A stretch of DNA of 64,000 nucleotides from Camelus ferus. Its lineage: Eukaryota. Position 1 is the stretch's first letter; each line of letters starts with the position of its first letter. The translations under genes and the position numbers were made by a program. Shown here piece by piece: positions 14,801-27,764 of this stretch. A model generated the notes under the pieces. That model was given only the letters and a program-made list of their open reading frames with translations. It searched no databases and was not told the origin of the DNA. The stretch is from assembly GCF_009834535.1 (NCBI RefSeq), contig NC_045696.1, forward strand, positions 32,242,001 through 32,306,000, read 5' to 3'.

Positions 14801-15419
14801 ATTAAATTATACCTTCATTTTCCTAGAGCAGAATTCTGTTTATTAACATTTCACAGAAATAAAGTTAAATAAAATAGATTTATTTACTTACAAGATCATC
14901 TGGACACAAATGTTCAATTAAGAGAAAAATACCTAGTTCAAAATATCTATTTCAAAAGCAGATTTTCATACTATTGAAGCATTCCTTAGTTTTCCTTTTA
15001 GAAATAGAGATTTCATGATAAAAATAATTTTCTAAAGGCTTTATCAGTATATTTGAGGCTGTGAGATTAACCTTTGTTTCAGATGAACATTTGTGTTTCT
15101 TATTTTAAAGAATGGATGGTTTCGAATGATTCCAGTATAAAGCATGATTTCCAGGGAAAGATTTTGAAGCTTACATGGGAACTAGGTAATTTTTTTTCCT
15201 CCAATAATGCATTATTAAGTGGAAAATGCAGTGTAAATTTGAGTGAATATGCCCAGCTCTAAATTCCATTTAAAGTTTGAGAAATATTTTATTATGTAAT
15301 CAACAAAGATAATTGTTTTTGCAGTAATTTTACTTTATTGGAAAGAAGTAGGCAAGAAAATGAGTATAATTCTAAGTATAAAGAGTCTATAGAATACTCA
15401 CTTTAATATGACATTTTAT

Positions 15420-15600
15420 AATAATAAAACCAGCTATCATTTGAGAGCAACTAACAATGACAAATCTTTTAGGCATTATTTCATTTCAAGTTTACAGTAG
15501 ATTTGCATGGAGAAGTAAGTCATCCTACTGAACTAGAGGGAATTCAAACCCAAGTCAGCCTGACTCTGAAATGCATGCCCTCAACTACTGTGCTGTCCTG
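15420..15600 (-). mobile_element. MIR, internally deleted
   Basis: 'aataataaaaccagctatcatttgagagca' and 'gggaattcaaacccaagtcagcctgactctgaaatgcatgccctcaactactgtgctgt' match both ends of reverse MIR. Confidence 0.7.
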
Positions 15601-16689
15601 GCATTAATTTTATTTCATAATTAAAACCTTAAAATCAATTTCTAAGTTCTAATTTATAGAAGATATTTTAACTTACATTTAATGATATTCAGTACCTTTG
15701 TTTGAAAGATAATATCCTGCCTTATTACAAAGGTAGCCTATGCTGATTATAAAGTACACAAACAATGAAAATTACATCAGAAAAAAAAATTAAATACCCA
15801 TAGTCATACAACCGAAAGCTTATGTATTCATTAACCACAAATTCCTTGGAACTTTTCCATATGTTTGATACATATAGGTTCATAATAGGCCCATGTACGG
15901 ACAAGCAAAATTTAGGTTCCCTCCATCATGAATCTTGGAGCTTAACAGTGAAAGGAACTAAGATTGAATGAAACTTTTTGGTTATTACATAGAGTGAAAA
16001 TGTTAACTAATGTTTATAAGTTGATTTTTCTGAAAGGATTATAATACGTATAATTTTGCATATTGTCAATTTTTATAATGTCTATGTTACATTCTAGTAT
16101 TATACATATTTTAAATATGTATACAAATAACTTTAATATTTAGTTTCTTTAATTTTTCACCATTTACTTGGTATTTCAAGAAATATAATTCAGATAACAT
16201 TTGAAACATATTTTTGTTGTATAAAACCGGACAAATTCATACTGGTGATATTTGGTGTTGTTTAAAACCATACCTTTTGCCTAAATTTTTTCTAATCTGT
16301 AAATTTGCCTTGTTGGTACTGATTTTCAATACATTATTTTCTCACTTCACTATCTCAGTCAAATTTTTGGGCCCCATGTAAATATACTATAGATTCTGAA
16401 GTAAGACTAAGTTAATGTATCTCACATTCGCTTTCAATGCAATCTGGTTTTTCTTTTGTAAAAGTCAGCATAGTCATCATTCTTCATATTCCTTACTGGA
16501 ATACTAGCTACACTAAAACAAATTCCATGTCTGTCTAATTCTCTGACATACAGCAGGCACCTAATACATATTTGAAAAGTAGAAGTACAAACACCCCAGT
16601 TTTAGAATTTTAATTGTTGAATTATAGTAAAATTTATTACATTTTTGTTTCCAATTTGTGTCCATATGTCTATGCTTATTTAGATGATT

Positions 16690-16921
16690 TAAAAAATTAA
16701 GTTACATACGCTACTACATCATTACAACATAGTGATTTGATATTTTATACATTATGAAATAATGACCTCAGTAAGTTCAGTTTCCATCATCACCATACAA
16801 AGTAGTTGCAGTATTATTGACTGTATGCCCCATTGGTACAGTCTGTCTCCTTGATTTATTTATTTTATAGCTGGAACTTTGCACCTATTAATCCTCTTTA
16901 CCTATTTTGTTCATCTGCCCT
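16690..16921 (-). mobile_element. L1 3' UTR end (L1MA9-like or laurasiatherian subfamily), 5'-truncated
   Basis: 'tacaacatagtgatttgatattttatacattatgaaataatgacc...tattattgactgtat...ttatagctggaactttgcacct' is a typical antisense L1 3' terminus. Confidence 0.75.
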
Positions 16922-18445
16922 TAGCTCAATCTTCATAGTAAATTAAATGTATTATCTATAAAGTATATTTTATGTAGGCAAAATAATGCATAGCTTGAAA
17001 TGTAAGCAACCTCTTATCACTCTTCAGAAGGGTTATAATGTAAGATTATGAAAGATGATTTCCCTATAGAAAGCAGGATGTTTCCATCTTCATCTTTTTC
17101 TGTGAAAACTACCAAAGAAAATTTGAAATAAGATTACTAAAAACATACAGTGATTTTCAGTGTATCGAGAAAACAGTTCATCAGATAAGATTATGATAGT
17201 ATTATTTTATTGTGGAAATATTTTTTGTCAGAATTACTCATTCACGGAAGATGTTGTGTAAATTATATTTCTTTGCCACAGAGAATTCAAAAAATGTATT
17301 TTCTCCTGTTCTGATAATATGGTATTATTGTCACAAACTAAGAAACCTCAACAGGAAAATGGCCTTACTATCTAAACTACTACCAGAAATAATAGTTGAA
17401 ATCAACTGCATTAAAATTAAAATAACAACAACAATAATTTTTAAGCTATTCTCTGCTATTTAATTGACATCTACTCAATATCTTCGTACATGGGTCAAAT
17501 TACTTATTTAACCAGGGATACATTTGGCAATTAATTTACCCTGAAGCTTTTTAGAGTAAATTATGCTGCAGAAAATTAGATGTGTCCTGGGTAAAATATT
17601 GTGGCTTTTCAATGAGTGTGATGGTGGATTAATAATATCTGTTTTATAAATTTTCCAAGGGAAATTTTTGTGCCCTTTCTCTGCAGTGTTGAACTTTGAG
17701 GCTTTATATGTTTGCTTCTCCTTTTGTTGGTGGAGATGACCCAGATCTACTCTCACGGGAAAAAAATTATTGGCTCAGACAACTCTCACTAACCCCATTT
17801 ACCTGAATAAGTTGAGTGTTCAATCACTTGGTTAAGTTTCTTTACATAACAGAATAGTATTTTAATGCTATTTCCAGCTACCAACACCACAAAATACATA
17901 AGTCTGCTGTGATTTGAAAACAGCATGACTGTTTTGCTCAAGTATCAAAAGCCTGAAACTTTTGTGCAGCCAATTCATATCCTCAGCTAGTCAAAACATA
18001 TATAGATTAATCCAGAACATTGGAGTAGTGACCTTAGATGACAAGGTTTTGGTCCCTGAAACAATTGTTTTCATTGAATTTTAAATATGTATACATTAAT
18101 CATATTGGAAAGCAAAGGTAAATTTTTTTTAAAGCTAATGACCTGAAGTTACAAGTGTTTTTATTCAAACAAAATAGTGCTTATCATCTTCCATTGTATT
18201 ATTTTATGGCTTGCTTGATTCCATATGGACCCATGAGATGATTTATACCTTAGAATTGTTAATTTGAATACTACTTAAATGTGGCCAAAATAAATACCAG
18301 CCAACATCCTTGAAATAGATGAGTCTAGAAGGACTTTTGAGAGTGACTACTGGCTTTATGATAATTATAAGTTAAAAGTGTGGAGATTTTCTATTAAAAG
18401 AAAAGAATCATTGTTCTTCATATGTGTTGTACTTTAAGGATTTCT

Positions 18446-18540
18446 TTTTTTTTTCTTTTTGAATATAGAAAAAGAGTTTATTAGGTTATGCTCCCATAGA
18501 CAACAGTGGGCCACACAGACGAGAGGTACCTGTGTGAACC
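18446..18540 (-). mobile_element. Short polyadenylated retro-insertion with a 12-bp TSD (LTR R-region-like payload)
   Basis: Poly(T) 18446-18460; TTTATT (AATAAA on - strand) at 18477-18482; flanking direct repeats ttaaggatttct (18434-18445) and ttaagggtttct (18541-18552). Confidence 0.7.
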
Positions 18541-18566
18541 TTAAGGGTTTCTCAGTCAGCTAAGAC

Positions 18567-19038
18567 TGCTACCAGAAAGAGGGGAATAAAAGTTACCTCA
18601 GTTCTTAGTCTCCCCGCCCCCAAAAAAAGAATTTTTAATAAGAGACAGAAAGCGTGACATAAACAAGATTTTATTAGTTAAGTAAAACGGTAGTAAAATA
18701 TAGTACACTCCCAAGAATTGGGAGCAGGCCAATCCAAGAGAGGAAAAAATCGCACTGCTACTTTGTTTCTCCTGTCTTGTATCCTGGCTTAGGGGGCATT
18801 TTTGTGATTGATTGATTTGTGTCCCGTGTGCCTTGTGCTCAGGCACGCCCATCTCTTTTGCTTATGTTCTTACCCATGATGCACACAGAGAAACCTACAG
18901 GAAGGGGTCAAACTGCAATGTTAATTACATTGTACTGAGCATTGGGTCAGGTTAAGCCAGGTCCTTCTCTCTGTTATTTTCTGGGTTGCTCCTTTCCCCT
19001 TCCTCTCCCAGTGCTAATTTCTATCTAACTGCATAACA
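18567..19038 (-). mobile_element. ERV1-type solo LTR, probably lineage-specific
   Basis: TG...CA termini (tgctaccagaaagagggg ... ctatctaactgcataaca); ~470 bp; minus-strand AATAAA at 18670-18675; retains several CpGs; no clean TSD at these limits. Confidence 0.7.
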
Positions 19039-19104
19039 GTACAACATGATAAAATAAATTATTCTTAGGGATGGAATAATGTGTATTTTTATACATGTAT
19101 GCAG

Positions 19105-19290
19105 TCAAAAATAGCCTTTCACATTTAAAATGCTTTGTACATACTAACTAATCCTTATGACCTTCCACTGGAGTAAACATTATAATCCTTATTATAGATA
19201 TGAGACTCAGAAAGGTTTATCTACTTGCTTATTGGTACATAAATGTAGGGATGGAGCTCAGATTAATCACCTATATTTGGTTCTTATTCA
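19105..19290 (-). mobile_element. MIR fragment
   Basis: 'aaaatgctttgtacatactaactaatccttatgac...attatagatatgagactcagaaaggtttatctacttgc'. Confidence 0.55.
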
Positions 19291-20019
19291 TTCTTCAGTA
19301 ACCCCATGTAAGTTGCTTTTTATCAATTGATTTAAGGATTAAATAATTCTATATGTATGGTTCTGTCTTTTTGTTATTTCAGCAAAAATGTAACAACACA
19401 AATATGAATATTTTAATTAATCTTTGAAATATAATTTCAAATCAAACAGTGTAGGTCAATCTCATGGTGAGATGTTTCAAGCAGCAATTGCATATAAACA
19501 GTACCTGACTTATTTTTGTGTCTCTAAAACTCAAGATTTGTCTGAATTTACACTCCAAGTAGAGTATATAATTAAACTGATATTGCATAATGAACTTCAG
19601 TTTTAAACTCAGAATATTTATATTTTACTTTCTTGTGCAATTTATAGAAATCTAAATAAAAAGCTAGAGTTAAATGTATTATTCTAATAAATTAGTCTCA
19701 CATTACTTTTCCTTTAAGTAATTATTTTTGTACTACAGTTGCAGAGCATTGCCTGCTGTCAAAAAAAATTAGGTTACCTGGGGATGAATATTCTCTAATG
19801 GTTAGATCACCAGACTGCAGTCATGGGTGAGCCCCAGTTTCTATTCTTAGAATCACCCAATAATGCCCAGTCTAATCTTTTGCAAGACTCTTTAACAGCC
19901 TTCACTTTTGTTTCTTCAGTTGTAAAAAGAGAGTTCAATTCAACACGTACTTTTGATTACTTTCTAGCAAAGTAATATAAAAAAAAAAGTGAGGACACAC
20001 ACACACAAAATAAAAGGTT

Positions 20020-20525
20020 GTAATAGCCCTTAAGAGACTAAGTACCTGATGAGACAGGCATTATAAAAACAACTATTCAAATAAAATATATAGAATTTAT
20101 AGAAGTTAAAGAGCAGTTGATCACTTTCAGATGGTGAGCTCAAAGATAACTTGTCTAAGTGAAAAGTGGTTGAAATGAAGTCTAGGAGGTTTTGAAAATG
20201 ATAGGACATTGGTAAAAGAGATAAGGACAGAAATAAAGGTGGAGGAGACAGCATGAACAAAGGGCCAGAAATTGACAAGAATAAAGCCTGTGATGGTAGT
20301 AGTGATGGCTGCATATGGAGTGAAGGAAAATATTCTGAAACTAGTTGTGAAAGTCTTTGAAGACCAGGCTTAAGAAGTTTGAATGTTATTTTCTAGACAA
20401 TTTTCTATATATTGAATGTTTTAAAGGCTGGATCTAGGTAATCATGTGATCTAGAATTACAGCTATTGGAAGATGCCCTAGGATTGACAGATCTGAACTA
20501 GAATAATGGCTGTGAGAAATGAAAG
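20020..20525 (-). mobile_element. L2 fragment
   Basis: 'ggaggagacagcatgaacaaagggccagaa...gaagaccaggcttaagaagtttgaatgttattttctagac' matches antisense L2. Confidence 0.65.
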
Positions 20526-21351
20526 ACCATATATGCTAATATCTTTCAATCTCTGTAACACATATTCAGAGGATGAACCACTCAACGTCTGAAGCTTGCA
20601 ACCTCATATATAATATGTATATGTATTTAAGAAGTTGAATAAACAGGAATTTAAAAATTCCAGGTTAAACATGGAATAGGGAGGAGGCAATGTTACCTTA
20701 CAAGTTACATAGATGATTTCTGACGATTTTGTAAATCAGTTCAGAACTCTTCAAAATAAAGAATTTCATGTAGTTGTAAATTATGAATGATGATTCTAAC
20801 TTGTTCATGTAACAATAGAGAATATTTTTATTTTTGAGCATTTTTTAATCTGTGTTACTGATTCATTTAATTCAACCTTTCTGCTAAAATTTCTTGAGGT
20901 TTCTGTTGATCAAATATAATAGTTCTCTCTGACATTTTATGATTTTGAATCATCAAGTTTTTATTGAGTGACTGACAATTTGATAAATTTCTGAACTATC
21001 ATATACGTATGTACATATATATTTGGCAGTCTACAAATAAGAAATGATAGGAAGACATTTTAGAGAGTAAGGAATTTTATTTTATTTAAAGAAAATCCAT
21101 TGAAGCATAAGGGAATGAGGCATTTGAGCCCAGCAGTAATGCAAACAATTCAATTTTTAAGGCTGCTGCTACTGGCAAAATCTTTTCTTAGAAATCAGCT
21201 ACTTTCCTGAATAATGCCTGATTCCTTTGTATGTAGCATTCATAGTGCATATTTTAGTTGTGTTGTTGTTACTTATTATTTTGTTTACATGTTTGGTCCT
21301 TAGGGTAAAAACTTTGTCTTTTTATATTCCATACAATATTTAGGGGAGCCT

Positions 21352-21695
21352 TAGAATCAAAGAAACACAGGAATTTTAAAGAACTCAGGAGGTCATCTAT
21401 TCTAACCTCCTGGTCAAAAAAAACAAAAACAAAAACAAAAACAAAAATCTTTTGTGATACTCCTGGCCTCTGATTCTCTTATTTATCCTTGAAAATGCAC
21501 AGTGAATTCACTCCTTTCCAAAGCAGTCCATCCCATTGTTGTGCAGGTCTCAGGATTAGAAAGTTCATTATTAAACTGAGCCGGAAGTTGCCTCACTTTA
21601 ACTTCTAAACGTTGGCTCTTTGCCTTCTTGAGAAACACAGGAGTCTAATCTTTCTTTGACATAATAGACTTTCAGATATTTGAGGACTGCTTTGT
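21352..21695 (-). mobile_element. L3/CR1 LINE 3' end, interrupted by a (CAAAAA)n tract
   Basis: 'ggaggtcatctattctaacc...cactcctttccaaagcagtccatcccattgtt...ttagaaagttc...actttcagatatttgaggactgct' matches the reverse CR1/L3 3' region. Confidence 0.75.
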
Positions 21696-22272
21696 GCCCT
21701 GAGAGTATGTGAAATGTACATATGAGTGGGATAAATTGTCAGGTTTATTTTTTGTTTTCTTCTGTTTATTTATCTGCTCAGAAAAATGAGATTAACTATT
21801 GGAGAATGGTTTATTATACCCCACTGCATTGATATGGGTTGTTTCTTCCCCATAAGAAAATTTCTGTTTGAAGTTTCTTATCACCAGTTGGCTCCTTTCT
21901 TAATTAAGCTTGTCTTAACAGTCAAATAAAAGCATAAAGATGAATTTTAGAGAGCCAATAGTTGAAATGAATTCAACTAATATTCAGTATTTGTCTTTTA
22001 ATTCCTCTTTATTTTATATACAAATACATTTATTATAAACTATATCTGCTCTCTTAAGCTTACTAAATTTTGTATTGACATTATAAGATTTGGAGAAGTA
22101 TTTCCCAGTCATTGTTGATCATATTTAAATGCGATTGAGGGAAAAGGGAAGATAGAAGATTGACTTCATCTAATAAAATGATGATGTACCAAAATCAGGA
22201 AGTGGGACACGAGTACCTCATTTATGTCCTATGTATTAGTTTGCTTTTGATTCTGTACCCAAAAGATTGTTG

Positions 22273-23198
22273 TTACAACCAAAGAAGAACAACAAAACAA
22301 AAAACCCAATTTAAAAAATGGGCAATGAACTTGAATATACATTTCTCTAAAGAAGATATAGAAATGGCCAGTAAGTACATAAAAAGATGCTCATCACTAG
22401 TCATTAAGGAGAGGAAAAAAATAAAATAAAACCATAAAGTGATAATATTTCACATCCTTTGGGATGGCTGTTACCAAAACTAAGCAAACAAACCAACAGA
22501 AAATAACAGGTGCTGTTAGGATGTGGAAAATTCAGAACACTTGTGCATTGCTGATGGGTATAAAATGGAAAATATTTTTCGTACTTACCCTGTGGAAAAT
22601 GGTATGATGATATCGTAAGAAAATTAACTTAAAATTACCACGTAATCCAGCAATTTCGTTTCAGGGTATATAGCCAAAAGAAATGAAAGCAGACTCAGAA
22701 GATACTTGTATACCATGTTCATAGCAGCCTTATTTATTAAAGTCAAAAGGTAGAAGCAACTCAAGTGTCCATCAGCAGATGAATGTCTAAGCAAAGTGTA
22801 GTATATAAATACAACAAAATGTTATTCAACCTTAAAAAGGAAAAAAAAAACTTGACACAAATTAGAACATGGATGAACCTTGAAGATACTCAATTAAGTG
22901 GAATAAGGCAGACACAAAAGGACAAATATTTGTATGATTCTTCTGATGTGAAGTTCCTAGAGTAGTCAAATTGACAGACAATGTAGCATGGTGGGTTGCC
23001 AAGGGATGGAAAGAGGAGGTAATGAAGAACTAATGGTTAATAGGTATAGACTTCAGTAGGGAATGTGAAAAAGTCCAAAAGACGGGTGGCAATGGTTGCG
23101 AAATAATTTGAATGCACTTAATGCCACAGAACTGTTCAGGTAAAATGCTTAAAATGGTGAATTTTATGTTATGTCTTTCTTACCACAATTTTAAAAAC
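22273..23198 (+). mobile_element. L1MB-type LINE-1 3' end (ORF2 C-terminus plus 3' UTR)
   Basis: ORF remnant FKKWAMNLNIHFSKEDIEMASKYIKRCSSLVIKE (L1 ORF2 C-terminal region); terminus 'cttaatgccacagaactg...aaaatggtgaattttatgttatgtctttctaccacaattttaaaa'. Confidence 0.92.
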
Positions 23199-26100
23199 AG
23201 GTCATTTGTTCCAATGAGAAATGAAGTAGTACAAAAGGGGGAGCAGTGAATGCAAAAGAAATTCCAGTTAAAGTATGTGTCTGTATGTAATTTGTCACAT
23301 CCAACAATTTATGTAAATTACAGTATAGTTCATCTGAGTCACATCTTAATCTTATGACGTGTGGTACATTAGAAAATGGAAATAGGCAAGAAGACAAAAC
23401 AATAACATTTAAAACTGTGGGTCAGGCCAATACACAATCTTGACAAATCCATTTAATAGGTTTTGAAAAGTTACCTTGAGCATTCTGAGAAAGGCTTGCC
23501 TTTGTGATGCAATAGACTGCTCTGTCACTTTGCAACACTACATACTCTTCTGTGAGCCACAATGCCTTGCCAATTCATAAGGCTCATCTGTAGATTTATA
23601 TCTACACTTCTTTTGATATTTTATGTTTTCTGTTATGCAGGTATTGCCTTTATCCTTGACTTGTATAATAAGCTAAAGCAAAATTAGGTCAATACTATTA
23701 GGCATAATTTAAAAAGTGGTATCTTTGAAACAGTTTTATTCAATGAGATACTCTTAGATGAATGTCAGAAACCTCACTTTTTTCTATCAGTGATGTGCAG
23801 TTTGCTGTGGGATTTTATAATTTTCTAAAACTGACGACTTGATTGCTTTGGGGAAATTCACATGCAGATTTTACCTTGAAGAGTCAAAAAGCATTGCTAA
23901 ATGATGGATCAAGTGTAATGGGATTAAGGATTTTTTCCATCCTTTTTATATTAATTACCCATCCATAAAGAGAGAAACTAATCACCCTGTCCCTGACTAA
24001 TGCTCTGTAGGCTTTTGATATCTGTTTGATGAAACTATTACAAAAGATAAAGCTGGAAAAATTATTTTCTACTTTAGATATGCATATAACACTAAAGTTG
24101 GCAGGGTTTGAGTTTCGGAGACCAAATGAATATGAAGTGATTGAATGCCACCTCGCATAGAGAAGCAAAATTTAACAGCTATCTTTGATGTTAAAAATAA
24201 GTGTGATATGTGTGTTTCTAAAACCAAAGTCTGACTGCCCATTAATCAGGCTCTGCAGGCATCAATCTGTGGCCACTTGCAGTTGGCTTAGGGAAGACAA
24301 GTACATACAAGACAGTATGGGCTCATTCTCTATCTAGAGCTGGAGTCTGTCTATCCTGGTTAGACCTACCATGTCCTAGGAAATAGGAACTGTGCATGTT
24401 TTAATGTAATAGGTATACTTGTTCACCTGTTAGGACTTAGTTCTATATAAAGATAAAATCATTTCACTTTTTTCAGTTACTCCATGTGCAAAGCGATGCC
24501 CCAAAACCAGTTGGGGAGAAAGCCTCCATTAGCCACTCCTGGTGTAAGGGGAGCTAATCTCCTCTACATATATGAGTGAGTGGCCATTGACTTCAAGCTA
24601 TTTTGTCTTATGTGCTCTTGATTACAGATTTAATGTTAAACATGCAAATAATTTGTACTGATCTTCAGAAATAAGTCTATAATCCAGTATCTACTTTGAG
24701 ATGGCCTGGGAATGATAGCAACAAATATGTATAACACTAGAAGGTATTATAAACAACATAGAGGACAGTTTTTTTTTCTTCCCTTCGTATATGCTGATTA
24801 AGCATTGAATGTAGCACTTTGGCTAATGTATATTTCAATGGCTTAAATTAAAACTATTTACCTAGGAGACCCAACCAAGTATAACCTGATGAGTATTTTT
24901 TACTCTTCTAGAATTGCCATAATCGCTAGACATTATATATGAAATTTATGAATGAATAGGTAATTTAAACATTTACATGTAAATATTACTTGGAATAACA
25001 CCTTAGAATAAGCTTTAGATTATTCAGAAATTGTGTACTGAGTTCTATTCTTTATATCTTTTTGGAAACATTTTTACCTATTAATCTCCAAAATGCATTA
25101 TACTATTTTTTAAATGAGAAATTAGACAAATTTAGAATTTGTGACAGTGGATGCCCATGTGTTACATACTTTCTTAATTCTGGAGGTTTTGAATAAAAAC
25201 CTGCAGAAATTTTCAGAGAAGTTTCTTTTACTTATGTTTAAATCCTAATTTTTAAACATAGTACAGGTCTTTTTCAATAGGCTTATTGAAACAATTTTTA
25301 AATTTCTAGACTTACTTTTTTCCTTATTTAAATGGATTATCTTTGTATCTATTTATAATTCTTTAATAAGTCTTTAGAAGATAGTTTTTGGATATATTCC
25401 TTCCACATGTGAAACCGACAACAAATGGTCAATGTATGATTAGCTGTATTAAGTTGACACCGATCAGTCAAATATATATAGTACACCCTGAAACACAGAG
25501 TTAAATTTATTTTATATTTTAAATATAGAATTTAAATCAGCCCCACTTTAGTGTTTATGTTGAGATTATATTCTTCATTTAATAGAATGTTAATATGATC
25601 AATTATACAAATTCAGTTTCATTTGAGAGGATCACTTTAGTACTTTATTCACATTTATAGTCCCACAAATATTTATTGAACATCTGTGCTACGCAGAGCA
25701 ATGCTTCAGGCACTGGGTTTGCAGAACGGTACAGAATGGCAACCTGGGAACACAGAAAAGTACGTAAGAAATGATTAATAGATATAATCTATTATAGTAC
25801 ATAATAAAATAATCTCTTTTCTCTTCTACATAGCAGGACAGACGCATAATAAACAAGTTACTATATATATAGTATAGTATTAAGTGCCTGATTAAGATGA
25901 CTTCTGACACTTGAAGGAAGCATAGAATTGGGAAAAATCATTTCAGGCTGAAAAAAAGGGGGAAATAAATTTTTCTCACTTGTTCACTTCTAAACATTCA
26001 GTCAGTTTTCTCCTTAATTTAAATGTTTAGTTTTCACTATTTCTATTTAAAACACGCAAAGTTCCACAGGATTTTTATATACTATTAGAAAATACCAATC

Positions 26101-26834
26101 ATGTGGCAGAGCTTAAAGAGAGACTGGATCAGAAAAAAAAAAAAAATGAGAGAGGGAGAGGGATAGAGAGGGAGAGATTGATTTGTAATAGACGTGATCT
26201 CCAACGTCAGAGAGACTCAGGTGGAATATTACAAAAGGCCAGCATTGGGCAATATCTATCAAAATTTTAGGAATAGATACATGTAAATTGTTCTGTTTAG
26301 CAGTAAAGAATGAGAATACAAGGTAAACTTCTAGTATATATAGTGCTTTTTTTCCCTAATGTGATTCAGATCCATATTTATCATCAAACACATCTTGAAA
26401 TATAATCCAGAAGGTACTGGATAAGACACACAGATCCTTAAGGAATTTGTGATACTGTTATTTCTGGGGTATAAATGATTAGGCTCTAAAAGGGAATGTG
26501 ATGGAATATTTTCATGGATTTAGGTAGAAGGAAAAACAGAGGGTCTATGGCTCATCGTTGAGAAAGTTGTATGTGAAATAGTGTATAGTAATAGAATAAG
26601 GAGATACCAAACATTCACTCGAAGGGCTTAAGTGAATACAATAATTCTGGATTGAAAAACTTGGTAATATAAGGAATAATCTGATGAGAATTTTATAAGG
26701 GTGCAGTGGAATATGCATACAAATGAGCATGACATATCCACTTAACAAGTCAGATAGGTTGAGTTTTATAACAGGGAAATGCAACAGGAGATTTTATTAA
26801 AAATTTCTCCCAAGAGACCCATTTAGTGATTCAA

Positions 26835-27120
26835 TAATGCATTTATTCAATTAACCAATAAAAATCTATGGGAATGCAACTAAGTGGCAGACACTGCTTC
26901 TATGGTCTTCTGAAGCTTAACCTCCATTGAGATGAGAAAAAAAAATTAAGAAAATAGAAAATAGAAGAGTTATATGAGAGAGTGACTTCAGTAACCTAAA
27001 GAGTTAATGAAACTCTTTCTGAGGAGACAGCATATAAGTTGGCAATTGAGTGTAAAGATATCATTCTTTGCAAGTCTTGGGGGAAATTCTCTCTATAAAT
27101 GAGAGAATATTTGGTATAAA
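26835..27120 (-). mobile_element. L2 fragment
   Basis: 'atttattcaattaaccaata...aagtggcagacactgc...gaaactctttctgaggagacagcatataagttgg'. Confidence 0.5.
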
Positions 27121-27398
27121 TTTAGCCCATGCTGGTTGAAATTCCTCCATGGGCAAATCTACATTTATTTTATTTACCATTTTTTAAACTTTTATAAAGA
27201 TATTATCAAGACTACTAACAGAATTATTTTCTATTTGTTTCTTTAACAATATTTTATTTATTACACATGTATCTAATAATTATAATTATATTATTATATA
27301 ATAATTATATATATATCTCAATTTACCACATAAGAATTCTGTAAGAGATACAGGGATAAGCTGATGTAAATCAAATGGCTAAGAGAAGAATTGAAAGA

Positions 27399-27545
27399 AT
27401 GTGTATATATATATATGTGTGTGTATATATATATATATATATATTCTTTATACATGTATATTTTAATGTGCATCATTTATATTAAATAACATTATATGTT
27501 AAATAATATATATCATTATAGATATCATATATACATCATATATAT
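27399..27545. repeat. (TA)n/(TG)n microsatellite and AT-rich low-complexity sequence
   Basis: Directly visible: gtgtatatatatatatgtgtgtgtatatatatatatatatatatt and the following AT-rich tract. Confidence 0.9.
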
Positions 27546-27639
27546 TTTTCCATTTCTAGAGTGTAAATGGTAGATTGAATGCCAAATTAATGGCAAATAT
27601 ATAAGAAGAAAGAAGATAAATTTATAGCGTTAAGTATCT

Positions 27640-27764
27640 CCTTCTAAATACTCATTAATTATGGTGCTTTTACATATGTCTACAATTCTTTGAAACTACT
27701 CCCTCCACAAGGAGGAGCTTTGTTACCCTCCTCTTGAGTGAGAGCTAAATTTAGTGACTCACTT
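27640..27764 (+). mobile_element. Old L1MC/MD-type 3' UTR, left part (host of nested insertions)
   Basis: 'ggaggagctttgttaccctcctcttgagtgagagctaaatttagtgactcactt' appears to continue collinearly at 29267. Confidence 0.7.
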
